64,000 bases of DNA from contig JANJGN010000021.1 of the NCBI GenBank assembly GCA_026770705.1, forward strand, positions 90,334,001 to 90,398,000, given 5' to 3'. The stretch's first letter is position 1. Every line of letters starts with the position of its first letter. Both the position numbers and the translations under genes were made by a program. Of this stretch, positions 54,701 through 63,410 are shown piece after piece. Below the pieces are notes generated by a model. That model did not search any database and had not been told where the DNA came from. It saw only the letters and a list, made by a program, of their open reading frames with translations. This stretch comes from Isurus oxyrinchus. Lineage: Eukaryota.

Positions 54701-57700
54701 TTATCTAAAAAGAAAAATCATCCTTAGTCAGATTTCCACTCATACCTATAGAATTGGGTTGCTTTCTTTCTAAGTAAATGCTGTTGAATGAGACGGAATT
54801 TGCCTCTATGAATCTTAATGTGGGAATCATCTGTATAATCATCGCCTTTTCCACCCAGATGTCCCACCTGTTTACCGTAATATTATGAATTACCCTGTCT
54901 CGTTGCATATTTCTAGATCACAAGTAGCATAAAGCCTACTTAGCTTCACAACTTGCTGCTCCAGGAACCTATCCAGATTGTATTCCAGGAAATAATCTCC
55001 CAGTCTATCTTTGCCAGTTTGATGTTTGCACTGCATAAGGGGTTTTATGTCCCTCACAATTATTTCATTGCTTCTGTTATAATCTCATTTTGTTGCCTGT
55101 GCAATGATCTGCACAATAGTCTATCTATTCGCAGAAGCCTGTAAATTAAATTCCCCGTTGCTTTCAAACATGCTGAATGAATTACCTCATCTGCTGAACC
55201 AAGATCCGTCCTCATTCTTCACTTACGCCACCATTTATTATGAGGACTACTGCACCTTTTATTCCATTTTTTTGACTTTTGGAAATGTCATTTACCCTAG
55301 AATATTGATTTCGCAACATCTGCCACCTTGTAACCTTGTCTGTAGTATAGGGTAGATCTAAACCATTCAAGACTTTTGTGCTGCTAATTCACCTGTCTTA
55401 CTCTGAATTGTTTGTGCATTGAGATATTTTTTAAGCATGCGTCTTTATCATTAATACAGTTTAACCTTTACGTTCACAGTCATATACTGCTCCCCTCTGC
55501 TTCACTTTCGAGCTTGCTAAATTGCACTATAGCGTCAACATTTGCCTTGAATTCATTGAATCTCATTTCCCCTAACCACTCTCCCACTTTTTGGTTCGAG
55601 CACTACTCACAGCCTAGATATACAATTCGCAAGGCCAATGCTCTCAATGCCACTTAATTGCATTGCATCCTCAAAAAACAACCCTATCTTTCCCAGGAAA
55701 TTGAAGTAAAACCTTTACAGCACTCACTATTGTTTGAGCCACACATTTAATCCTCACATCTCTACAAAACATTTCCAAGAGGTACGTGTTTCTGTTAAGA
55801 ATCCATAGATTATAATCTTTGCGATTCTACGTGTTAATTAGTACCCAAACCCTCAAGTTTCTATCAGCAAAATTCCCTCCCTGTTTCTAAATAAATGTTT
55901 GGTTCCACATGACGAACGACAAATAGATACAATTCTTCCCACTCCAAATTCATCCCCAGTTAGGAGGGAATGTGGCATGAAGCAAAATATTCAGAAAATC
56001 CGTCTCTGCTGTCGAGAATGGTTTCTGTCCACATGCCTATTGCGTCCGCTCTCACCAGCGCATTCATTTTCACTCTCCTCACTTGAATTATGAGAATACA
56101 TCAGAAGGTGACTTTTAAAAAAAATAGATAAGACCCTTACAGGAAAAACATTCATTCTGCGGTTTTCACTGAGTCAGCTGTGCAGATAGAAACTCTGAAT
56201 CATTGATCCTTTTGCTGTACTTCTAAATAATGCTTGGGATAGCGTCATTAAAACTGCTTTATAGAGGCAAGAAAATTATACCTGATAACTCAGCGTTTGT
56301 AGTGCAATCATATCTTCATTTGTACCTTCACCTTGTTAGCTTCTATATGTTTATGATTTGCAGAACTTGGAAAGCTGCGTGAAAAAATTAGTAAGTAAAA
56401 ATATGCAATATAGAGTATAGAACTCAGTTTCCAACAGCAGTGCAGGTGTAGCTGAACCAAACGGAAGACAGCAATTGGCGACAAATGCAGGCCTATTCAG
56501 GAACATACATATATCTTCTTTGGATTATATTTGGTCCAATGCTGTAATGACATCTGTGACTGGGTGGCACTGCCAGGTCACAAATTTAGTACCGGTGAGC
56601 ATGGTATTCCTGTGTAAGTGTCGATTGATAGGATAGTTCATGATAACTTTCATATTTTTGCTGATGATGGAGAATAGACTGATGGGGTGATGATATGTCT
56701 GTTTGAATGTGCTTTGAGTGCTTTTTTTTACGCAAGTGTTTTAACTTTACTGGGGCAGTTTGGCTAGCGGTGTGGCTCGTTATGGAGGACATGCCTCGGT
56801 ACTTCTGTCAGATTGTACCACTAGAATTGGTCAAGGCCCATAGCCTTTTCAGGATACAAATCATTCAGCAATTTGTTGCATTAACGCAGTGTACTTAATC
56901 AACTGAAGAAGTGCATAGTTGATGCTTGGAAATTCAGGCTAAGTTCGAGATTGTCGCCTATTCTGGCTGAAGAAGTTGCTACGTTTTACGCTCCTCTTTT
57001 TCGCAGATGTGCTGGGCTACGCCATCATTGAGGATGGGCATTATTGGCAATTCCTTCTTCTTCTTTCCTTAGTTGTTTAACTGTCCACCGCTATTCATGA
57101 CTGGATGTGACATGGAAGTATAGCCTGGATCATATATCTTGCCAGTGGGATCACTTGGTGCTTTCTGACTCCTCCTCCTTCCCGTTACTTGGCATGCAAT
57201 TAGTCATGTGGTGTAGCTTGAGCAGAATGACTCCTCAATTTTAGAAATAATTTATGCTATTCGTGGCTTGCTCTCCAGCAATCTTCACTGAACCAGGACT
57301 GATGGTAATGGTCGAGTGAAGGAGATACCGGACAATGAGGTTAAAGATTATATCTGAAGACAGTTCTACTACAGTGGATGCTGCATGAATGCCCAGTTTT
57401 GAGGTGCCCTATTTGCTCTATAATTAAGCAATTTGCAAGTTTGTAGTGCCAACCAACACAATGGAGGTTACATTTAATGTGTAAAAGGGACATCTTCTGC
57501 ACAAGGACTGTATGATTGTCAATGCCAAAAATACTGTGAAGGGCAGATGCAAGGACAATGGGTTGATTTTTCTGGACGACGTCAAGAGTCTTAGTTCCTT
57601 TTTTTGCTCCTCTCTGCCTAGACAAGGCCAGATCTACCAGTAAAGCCCTGCAGGACCACATCAGCTTGATCAGTAGTAGTATTGCTGACCCATCCGTGAT

Positions 57701-60700
57701 GACAGATATTGATGTCCCCCGTCTGGCATACATTCTGTGCTCATGCAAACACCAATGCCATTATCAGGGGCTTCAGCACAGAGGAGTACTGATTCATGGG
57801 CTGAGATTGGGGTACGGCTGTATCTGGGTCGGTAGTAATCAGCAGAATGTTTCCTTGTGCATTTTTGCCCTGAAGCCCTTTAATGCCATGGCGTCCGGCG
57901 ATATTTTTGAAGACTCCCAGGCCAACTCCCTTCCGACTTTATTCCACTGTGCCACCACGTCTGCCCTGCCAGTGAGAAATGGCATAGTCAAGAATGGTGA
58001 TGATGGTGTTCAGAACATTTCCTGTAACATGTTTCGGTTAACATCAGCATGTCAGGTTGAGTCTTGAACTGCCTGTCGTTCAACTCTCCAAATGTTTTTG
58101 TACAAGACCCCGGCTTAAGTACAAATAATTTGGCAAGGTCGATGCTGCTGCATGTTCAGTTATAATTCCCGCTGTCTTGGCCGATACCAGTTGCTCCGCC
58201 TGGTTTCATTCATTGCTTGAATTTGCAATGGCTTGGTTCAACCAAGGAGCTTGTTCGGCCAATTAAGAAGACATTTAAGAGTCAAAAGCATTGTTGTGGG
58301 CTTAATAATTTAGCTAGGGAAGGCCAGGTAAGGATGACAGATTTAGTTCCCTGAAGGCCTTTAGTGAATGAGAATTTTTATGGCAATTGAAGATATCTTA
58401 CAAGGTCACCATTACTGCAACTAGAAATTACTGCCAGGTTTATGACTTCATTAAGTAATTGAAATTAAATCCACAAGTTGCCATGGTGGATTTTGAAAAT
58501 TTTTTCCCAGAGCAATAACATTATGTAAAAAAAAACCCTCTGGTGAGTGAGCTTATCATTTGACTAATTGACTGCGTTTGTGTTGGATACACATGAGTAA
58601 AGTTTATGCAGCTCACATCATCCTTATTATTCTAAGCACAGTACTCATATTTAAGAGAGTAGCAATGTGAGTTGCTTTGAACGTCATCTGTCCACATGGA
58701 AATGCTTTTCGCTGTACATTAAATGGGCTTCCAGAATGTATTCGGAAACGTTCAGCAATTGTGTTGTTATATTAAAGTATGGCTTATGGAAGTGAATCTA
58801 AACATTCAGCTCGTTAAGAGATAGGTTACAAGGCAAAGGACTGATAGTAGGCTGAATACGTATGTCCTCTTAAGAAAAGAAATTGACTGCTTTTATCCCA
58901 CAAGGACCAATATGTGCCTCTTAAAAGTTTCTTATAGTTATTAATGACTGAGAGAACGTGATAGGGAGTTAACCACTGACACTAAGTTTATTGATATTGT
59001 AAGCATTTCAAAAGGAATCAAACCATTACAAAGGGATGTTGATAGATAATGGCAATGCGGTAAACAATGGCAGCTGGGTTTCAATGTAGATGAATAGAAT
59101 GTCATGGATTTGTGTCCTTGTATAATTTCTTTAGAAGTTACATGCTTTGTGACATTAAATATTTTGAGGGATCCATCAACATATGTCTGCAAATGCAGGC
59201 ATGCAAGACAACTTCTCAAATCCTCAACAAAATAATAATCTTAGGAAATTAATATTTATATAAACAATGGGAAAGAAGAGTTGCGATGCACAATTCTTGT
59301 TAAACAAAGTCTGAAATATCATATTCACTTCTGGCCATAAGCTACAAAGGAACTTAGTCTTGGGAACGGGGGGTGCACAAATTATCTAGAGTGCTTTAAA
59401 GGCTCCAAGCATTAGCTTAGTGAAGAATATGCAGAAACTAGGCTTGCATTCCATCCAATATAACAGGGCAATGGGTGATTCGATTGAGTTTTCTTTCCCC
59501 GATACTGAAATGCATAATTAAGGCTGATGGAGATAACTTTCTTCTGTTCGTGGACAATTAAAGGCAGGGGTGAATGACGTTAAAATTTGTTTTCAGAGTC
59601 TGATAACTCAGGAGAAAAACATTTAGCAGTATTCCTTTTTTGCTTTGGTGCCGTGTTTTGGCATCTAATAGTGATCATCAAACCTATGTTAATAATTGGT
59701 ATATGGTGCCCTGATCCCGATCTACAGTGAAAAACGCCTATGAAGGCAAACACTTTTTAGGGTAGAAAAGAAGAACATGTGTGTAAAGAGCTACGTTGCC
59801 AATGATGGAAAAATCGAAAATATCTTTGCTGGGGTCATGTTGCTAAATATGGTATGAAGAATATCCATTTATGTTTCTATTGTCAACAAATGGTCTGTAT
59901 AAATAGCACGTGAAATTGAAACGCAATGATAATTTTTTGTGATACCCCAATTATGTATATTATAGAATAACAGGAGTCAATTGAACCAGGGGGTCATAAT
60001 TTTCCATTGGTTGGAGCTATACCTAGCACTAAAAAATAAGATTTTGTATTTGGAGGCCAATCAACTCAGTCCCTGAGCATGAATACGGACGTTGGTCAGA
60101 GTGATATCCTAGGCACAACCATCTACAGTTGATTCATAAATGATCCACCCACCCCCTTCATCATGTCAAAAGTGTGAATCCTTACTGATGATTGCACAAT
60201 GTCGTGTGCTATTCACAAATCCTCAGACACTGAAGCAGTCAGGGTCCATGTGCAGAAAGAAGTGTACAACTTTCAACCTCGGGCTCATTAGTGGAAGTAA
60301 CATTCGCATGTCAGAAAAATGCTAGGCATTGGCCAAATCCTACAATCGATAATCAAACCATCTCTCTTTCACATTTAATGACATAATCATCATTGTTTTG
60401 TCCTCTATCAACATTTGCAGTTTAGCATTGACCAGCATCTGAACTGGATCAGCCTTATAAATACAATGGTTACAAGGCCACAACATGGATTGTGAAATTT
60501 GTGGCAAGTAAATAACCTCCTGTTTCTCTGATGCCTCTCCACCATTCATCAGACAAATGCCAGGTGTCATGGAATGCTGCCCACTTGCTTAGGGGAGAGA
60601 AGCTCGACATCATCAATTACAAGACAGATAAATTTAAAGGACATGCAGTGACGTCGTGGTAAGTGTTATGAATCCAGAGACCCAGGAATGGACTTGAGAC

Positions 60701-63410
60701 TTGCGTTTGAATCCCACAATGGCAGAGGAAAAAAATTAGAATTCAATAAAAAATCTTTAGGTTAGGAAATTTGCTGACCTTGCCAAGCCCGGCCGACATA
60801 TGACTCCAGATCCACAGCAATGTTGTTTACTCTGCATTTCTGTCAATAATAGCCGAGGGTATCAACGTTTTGTATCAATGCTTAAAAGTCTAAAATAAAT
60901 TAAAGTGGACTGCCCACCATCGGCCTAGGCACCGGAAACAATAACGGCAAACTCAACCTTGTAAATCCTGCAACGTCCACCTTACTAACATCTGGGGGTC
61001 AGTGTCAAAATTGGGAAAGTTGTCTCACAGAGCAGTTGAGCAACAGTCTATCATGGTCTTATTCATATATCATATCCAACCAGCAGGACAGACTCAGTTG
61101 AGTTGGAGGCACCGTCACGAGGGAATTGACATGGAAGTACCCAACATTGGCTCCGGACCCCATGAAGTCTTATGGCATCTGATAAATCATGGGCAAGGAA
61201 CCACCTGCTGATTACCCCGTGCCGCAGCCTTTCCCCCTCAACTGATGAATTAGTGCTTCATCCATGTTGAAACTGCTGGGAGGAAGCATGAAGGGTGGCA
61301 AGGTCCCATAACGTACTCTGGGTGGAGGACATCAATGTTCAGCACGAAAACTGTCTCAGTAGCAACAGCACAGATGAAACCAGCAGAATCCTAAAGGACA
61401 CAGCTGGTCGACGGTGCCTGCTTCAGCTGGTGAGGGAACAAACGAGAGAGGAAAACATGCTTGAACTCTCCCACACCAACCTGCCCACCACAGATGCATT
61501 TCTCCCTGACACTATCGGTAGAAGTGGCTACTGCACAGACCATGTGGAGACGTAGTCCCATCTATACTTTGAGGATACCCTTCATTGTGTTGTGTTGCAG
61601 TACCACCGTGCTAAAATGCATAGATTTCGAACAAATCAAGCAACATAAGACTGGACAACCATGATGCGTCGTAGGCTATCAGCAACAGCAGAACTGTACT
61701 CAACCGCAATCAGTAACCTCATGGCCCAGCTTATCCCCCAATCTATCATTACCATGTTGCCAGAGGAATCAACACTGGTTCAATGAATGGTGCAGGAGTG
61801 CAAACCAGGAACAGCACTGGGCATGACTAAAAGGAAATGGCCAACTGTTGAAGAAACAAAAGTGGACTACTTCCTTGCCAAACAGTAAATGAAGGCAAGC
61901 TGTAAGTGAATCCACAACCAACAGATAAAATATAAATTGGGCTGTCAAGTGGCAAGTAGTATTTGCGCCATACAAGTGTCAGGCAAATACCACCTCCATC
62001 GAATCTAACCATAGCCCATTGACAAGCAAAAGCATTATCATCACTCTGTTGCCCAATGACATCCGATGGGGATTACCAACTAGATTAGTAATATAAGTAC
62101 TGTGGCAACAACAGCAGGTCAGAGGCTAAGAAACCCGCAGTGAGTAATTGCCCACTTGACTTCCTAATGCCAATCCACAAGATACAAGGGACATGCCAGG
62201 AGTGTGATGGAATAGTCTCTACTTGCTTGGATGAGTGTAGCTTCATGACCGCTGAAGAAAAATTACACCATCCACGCCATTGCATCCCGCCAGAATGTAC
62301 TCCATCTACACACATTCACTTCCTGCAACAATGACGCACATTGGCAGCGGTGTGTGCGATCTACAAGGTGCACTGCAGGGACCCGCCAACGCCCCTTAGA
62401 CATCATCTTCCAAACCCACGACCGCTACCATCTAGAAGGTCAAAGGCAGGACATGCATGGCAACACAGCACCTGGAAATTTCCCTCCTTGCCATTCACCA
62501 TCCTGACTTGGAATCATATCACCGTTCCTTCCCTGTCTCTGGGTCAGAATCAAAGAACTTCCTCCCTGACAACACTGTCGGTGTACCTACACCAAATGGC
62601 TGTAGCGGTTCAAGAAGGCAGCTCACGATTACCTCCACAATGACAAGTAGGAATTGGTAAGAAATGCTCACCAAACCAGCGACGCCCACATCCCATTAAT
62701 GATTTGTTTTTGAAATCACCACCTGCAGCAACTCTACTTAATAGATCAAGTGCAGTAGATGCATGGGAACATCTGCATTTGCAAGTTTCCTGGTAAGCCG
62801 CACACTATCATGACTTGGAACGGTATCGCCATCTGGTTACTTTCACTGGATAACAATCCTGAGTTGCATTGCCAAAAGCAACGTAGGTGTACTTGAGCCA
62901 CATTGACTGCAGTCGCAGTCGTTCGATATCACTGCTCAACACCACCTTCTTGAGAAAACTTAGCGATTGTGAACAAATGCTGGCATATTCAGCGACGCCC
63001 ACAACTTGCGAAAAATAGATATTAAACTTCTATCCATTAATAAATTGAATTTCACACAGAACCATTCGTTTTGCAAGAGAAAATAATCCGTCATACCAAT
63101 TAACATAAACCCACATATTGAAATCAAAGCAAATTTCTGCATAGTGAAAATATACTAAATTAGGCCTTGCTTAATTTAGCAATTTTTGTACAAATTATGG
63201 GAGGAGACTAGAATGAACGGAAACCACAGAATGGACCAATTGAGAGATTTATCTAAGGTGAATGCATTTCTTCATAAAACAGAAATTCCATCAACTGCCC
63301 ACAGTGCTATGTATTCATAAAAGTTTTTTTTTTAAAGTTTGGCTATATTATCAGCAGCTGACTTGATTGTACATGTTTTGCACCCACAGAATATTGGGAA
63401 GGGAAACCTG
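688..63410 (+). CDS. Partial multi-microexon gene encoding a long coiled-coil segment (about 18 exons, 534 nt, 178 aa in window); family unresolved
   Basis: Spliced translation: EMDLHMKDT-EIEKLRKRVKDT-ETGLFEKDT-QIETLKKRLDGK-AKSVDDENL-EVKLKLANA-EIAQLKELLDDR-DRNLRKMKT-DLDQAHEALQGA-DRILRKNKT-ELDQAHEALQGA-AKKLKEKDS-NLLDLHKAD-EDRMKQSKT-ELEQLEAIRKDI-EIMLHTKDL-ELGKLREKI-KYWEGKP (first residue assumes an upstream G). All exons are on one strand, are multiples of 3 and phase 1, with no stops including junction codons. Confidence 0.85.
2046..2081 (+). pseudogene. 36-nt type II exon with lost donor (pseudo-exon), EIETLKKRLDEK
   Basis: Acceptor ttttcag is intact. Paralog of 20458..20493, but G|GTTAGC has become T|TTTAGC. 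Confidence 0.7.
3125..3160 (+). CDS. 36-nt microexon, type II, EIEKLRKRVKDT
   Basis: tttggtgtag|AAATAGAAAAGCTGAGGAAGCGAGTAAAAGACACAG|gtaagg. Confidence 0.85.
3665..4310 (+). mobile_element. CR1 LINE RT C-terminal fragment
   Basis: ORF 4053..4277 contains SYEDRLEKIRLVSLEKRRLRGDLIDVFTIMRG, the typical CR1 ORF2 end. Confidence 0.9.
4640..5400 (-). mobile_element. Highly decayed CR1-like LINE fragment
   Basis: Antisense RT-like motifs (aaaatccatgtaca..., gaagttaaactaactagtct); recognised from memory. Confidence 0.5.
5521..5590. repeat. Imperfect (AAT/AAC)n microsatellite
   Basis: taataataataacaataacaataataaaaacagcaataataataatag... Confidence 0.95.
6230..7100 (-). mobile_element. Decayed PIF/Harbinger-like element with Myb/SANT-like ORF remnant
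   Basis: Minus strand reads EKVSTDVNSVDVVRRT*PQSHKRLKGLMMS; homologous to 39700..40480. Confidence 0.55.
7225..8210. mobile_element. Penelope-like derived element with inverted ends
   Basis: Left end aaatgctggaa...gcatctgtgga..gaaacagagttaac; right end ttaactctgtttctc..tccacagatgc...ttccagcatttt is its reverse complement. Confidence 0.7.
9180..10950 (+). mobile_element. CR1/L2-group LINE, RT region to 3' end, with deletions
   Basis: caggacaaatccaacccagcc; ORF 9990 LGIRASFDRLWHEG (RT DIxxAFDxV motif); family 3' tail gcaattgggatgggcaataaat..ggcctggccagcga. Confidence 0.85.
11100..13695 (+). mobile_element. Decayed CR1 LINE(s) ending in 3' tail
   Basis: gattggttaaccgacaggaaac, ttagaagaaagtagcggtgatctcactgaaaca, tail ctccctaatatttcatatgttct. 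Confidence 0.7.
16910..17225 (-). mobile_element. CR1 3' end fragment
   Basis: aaataggagcaggagtag...ggtagaaaattccaaa...gagtgaagaaattt. Confidence 0.8.
19064..19090 (+). CDS. 27-nt microexon, type I, ETGLFEKDT
   Basis: ttgttttacag|AAACGGGCCTGTTTGAAAAAGATACAC|gtaagt. Confidence 0.85.
19466..19506. repeat. (CA)n microsatellite
   Basis: gcacgcacacacacacacacacacacgtacacacg. Confidence 0.95.
20458..20493 (+). CDS. 36-nt microexon, type II, (Q/E)IETLKKRLDGK
   Basis: tttttttag|AAATAGAAACATTGAAAAAACGCCTTGACGGAAAGG|gttagc. Confidence 0.8.
20959..20985 (+). CDS. 27-nt microexon, AKSVDDENL
   Basis: taccttttcag|CTAAAAGCGTGGACGATGAAAACTTGG|gtaaac. Confidence 0.7.
22218..22244 (+). CDS. 27-nt microexon, type I, EVKLKLANA
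   Basis: catcttgtag|AGGTAAAGCTCAAGTTGGCCAATGCAG|gtaaaa. Confidence 0.8.
22837..22872 (+). CDS. 36-nt microexon, type II, EIAQLKELLDDR
   Basis: ttttcttttaag|AAATAGCACAACTAAAAGAACTCCTGGACGACCGAG|gtgagc; begins AAATAG like the exons at 2046, 3125 and 20458. Confidence 0.85.
23810..25320 (-). mobile_element. CR1/L2-group LINE, RT to 3' end
   Basis: ORFs 24795..25157 (NYRSVSLLSMIGKVM...IKAELDRMWHHG) and 25213..25407 (IKKQLKALDIAKVMGPDNIP). Confidence 0.9.
25505..26460 (+). mobile_element. Same LINE family, 3' portion, opposite orientation
   Basis: gatgttcgctgatga (FADD motif) through tail ggcctagccagcgaagcccacatcccgtgaatga. Confidence 0.9.
27700..30830 (-). mobile_element. Long decayed CR1 LINE with a nested LINE 3' fragment at about 29960..30150
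   Basis: Tail aagaaatagcagcaggagtagg; ORF 28302 YKVGKCRVAHFGRKNRKAEYYLSG; ORF 28869 DHNMIEF (endonuclease end). Confidence 0.8.
31600..32062 (-). mobile_element. CR1 3' end
   Basis: ORF 31886 LYSLEFRRMRGDMTEPCKILTGMDRMDAGRIFP; ORF 31671 VDNLCNSLPQKAMEAGSL. Confidence 0.9.
32925..33810 (-). mobile_element. Decayed L2 LINE fragment (copy in block B1)
   Basis: Minus strand TCAATCATAGATAAGGCCATCTCTGAACAC (resembles the DKAISDH endonuclease end), TTGATGCCCTAG, TGGCTGGACTACACAAAGC; recognised from memory. Confidence 0.65.
34007..34033 (+). CDS. 27-nt microexon, type I, DRNLRKMKT (GC donor)
   Basis: tttcaattcag|ACCGAAATCTGCGTAAAATGAAAACAG|gcgagt. Confidence 0.75.
35462..35497 (+). CDS. 36-nt microexon, type II, DLDQAHEALQGA
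   Basis: ttttttttag|ATTTAGACCAAGCCCATGAAGCTCTGCAGGGTGCAG|gtaaga; 35/36 identical to 39182..39217. Confidence 0.85.
35725..36385. mobile_element. Non-autonomous DNA-transposon-like (MITE-like) element
   Basis: Ends ggaatttca... and ...tgaaaattctgccc are imperfectly inverted; CpG-rich; partial relatives at about 32497..32915 and 39485..39660. Confidence 0.5.
36430..37600 (-). mobile_element. Decayed L2 LINE fragment (copy in block B2)
   Basis: Paralog of the above; explains ORFs 36625..36888 and 37023..37664. Confidence 0.65.
37806..37832 (+). CDS. 27-nt microexon, type I, DRILRKNKT (GC donor)
   Basis: ccttcaattcag|ACCGAATTCTGCGTAAAAACAAAACAG|gcgagt. Confidence 0.75.
39182..39217 (+). CDS. 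36-nt microexon, type II, ELDQAHEALQGA
   Basis: tcatttttag|AATTAGACCAAGCCCATGAAGCTCTGCAGGGTGCAG|gtaaga. Confidence 0.85.
39700..40480 (-). mobile_element. PIF/Harbinger-like remnant with Myb/SANT-like motif
   Basis: ORF 39972..40481 contains RQTRALWDEVSDKVNSCNVVRRPQSHKMFNDIMKS, resembling the W..V...VN......R....K.F.D pattern of Harbinger Myb/SANT proteins. Confidence 0.65.
40605..41550. mobile_element. Penelope-like derived element with inverted ends
   Basis: cagcaggcctggcagcatctgtggaga ... ctctccaccgatgctgtcaggcatgctgagtttttccagcattt. Confidence 0.7.
42016..42042 (+). CDS. 27-nt microexon, type I, AKKLKEKDS
   Basis: gcaattacag|CAAAAAAACTGAAGGAGAAAGACTCAA|gtatgt. Confidence 0.8.
42213..42239 (+). 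CDS. 27-nt microexon, short type II, NLLDLHKAD
   Basis: ttatctttag|ATTTGTTGGATCTTCATAAAGCTGATG|gtgagt. Confidence 0.8.
42827..42838 (+). CDS. Possible 12-nt phase-1 microexon, GEEG
   Basis: aaatttcag|GAGAAGAAGGAA|gtatga; frame-compatible but has a weak pyrimidine tract and atypical size; not included in the 178-aa model. Confidence 0.3.
44837..44863 (+). CDS. 27-nt microexon, type I, EDRMKQSKT
   Basis: actccttcag|AAGATCGCATGAAGCAGTCAAAAACTG|gtaagc. Confidence 0.85.
45525..47060 (-). mobile_element. CR1 LINE RT to 3' end
   Basis: ORF 45921..46289 LLQLHGVLVRPHLQYCLEFWCPYLRK; tail ttaggagcaggagtaggtcattcggccc. Confidence 0.9.
47997..48032 (+). CDS. 36-nt microexon, type II, ELEQLEAIRKDI
   Basis: ttcatttcag|AATTAGAACAATTAGAAGCAATTCGGAAAGATATTG|gtaagc. 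Confidence 0.85.
48245..49175 (+). mobile_element. CR1 LINE RT to 3' end
   Basis: aatgacttgggtgaagggac, catctggaacattgtg, gtaagaggtgacttaattgaaacc, tail ggcctactgctgctc. Confidence 0.9.
50520..50900. repeat. C-rich low-complexity decayed repeat
   Basis: Loose repeats of cacc/ccac/ccgac/cactc motifs. Confidence 0.6.
52050..52076 (+). CDS. 27-nt microexon, type I, EIMLHTKDL
   Basis: tttgatctgcag|AGATAATGCTGCATACCAAGGATTTAG|gtaaac; shares L-H-x-K-D with exon 688. Confidence 0.8.
52150..52810 (+). mobile_element. CR1/L2-group LINE 3' end
   Basis: gtggctacaagagcaggtcagagg; ORF 52565 YRRSFTVTGSKSWNSLP; tail gcaattagggatggacaataaa. Confidence 0.9.
53380..56000 (-). mobile_element. Very decayed CR1-like LINE
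   Basis: Scattered antisense RT and endonuclease-like motifs; boundaries uncertain. Confidence 0.45.
56364..56390 (+). CDS. 27-nt microexon, short type II, ELGKLREKI
   Basis: tgatttgcag|AACTTGGAAAGCTGCGTGAAAAAATTA|gtaagt; resembles EIEKLRKRV. Confidence 0.85.
56500..58500 (-). mobile_element. Decayed LINE, endonuclease/5' region
   Basis: Antisense counterpart of motifs seen in this family (gccatcattgaggatggg, tgccatggtggattttgaa). Confidence 0.6.
59980..63010 (+). mobile_element. Cluster of same-family LINE pieces, including an internally deleted copy (about 60640..62700) with tRNA-like head
   Basis: Head gcagtgacgtcgtggtaa...gtttgaatcccac; ORF 61295 NVLWVEDINVQHE...LQLVREQTREENMLELSHTN (endonuclease GDFN region); two 3' tails at about 62690 and 63000. 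Confidence 0.85.
63390..63410 (+). CDS. 21-nt phase-1 microexon, (K/E)YWEGKP
   Basis: ttgcacccacag|AATATTGGGAAGGGAAACCTG|gtaaaa. Confidence 0.6.

Noticed and set aside
59597-59628. ttttcag|AGTCTGATAACTCAGG... (ESDNSGEKHLA)
   Set aside because: Only a weak phase-0 donor at 32 nt; does not fit the array.
60640-60725. tRNA gene
   Set aside because: Degenerate tRNA-like head of a retroelement; no complete cloverleaf.
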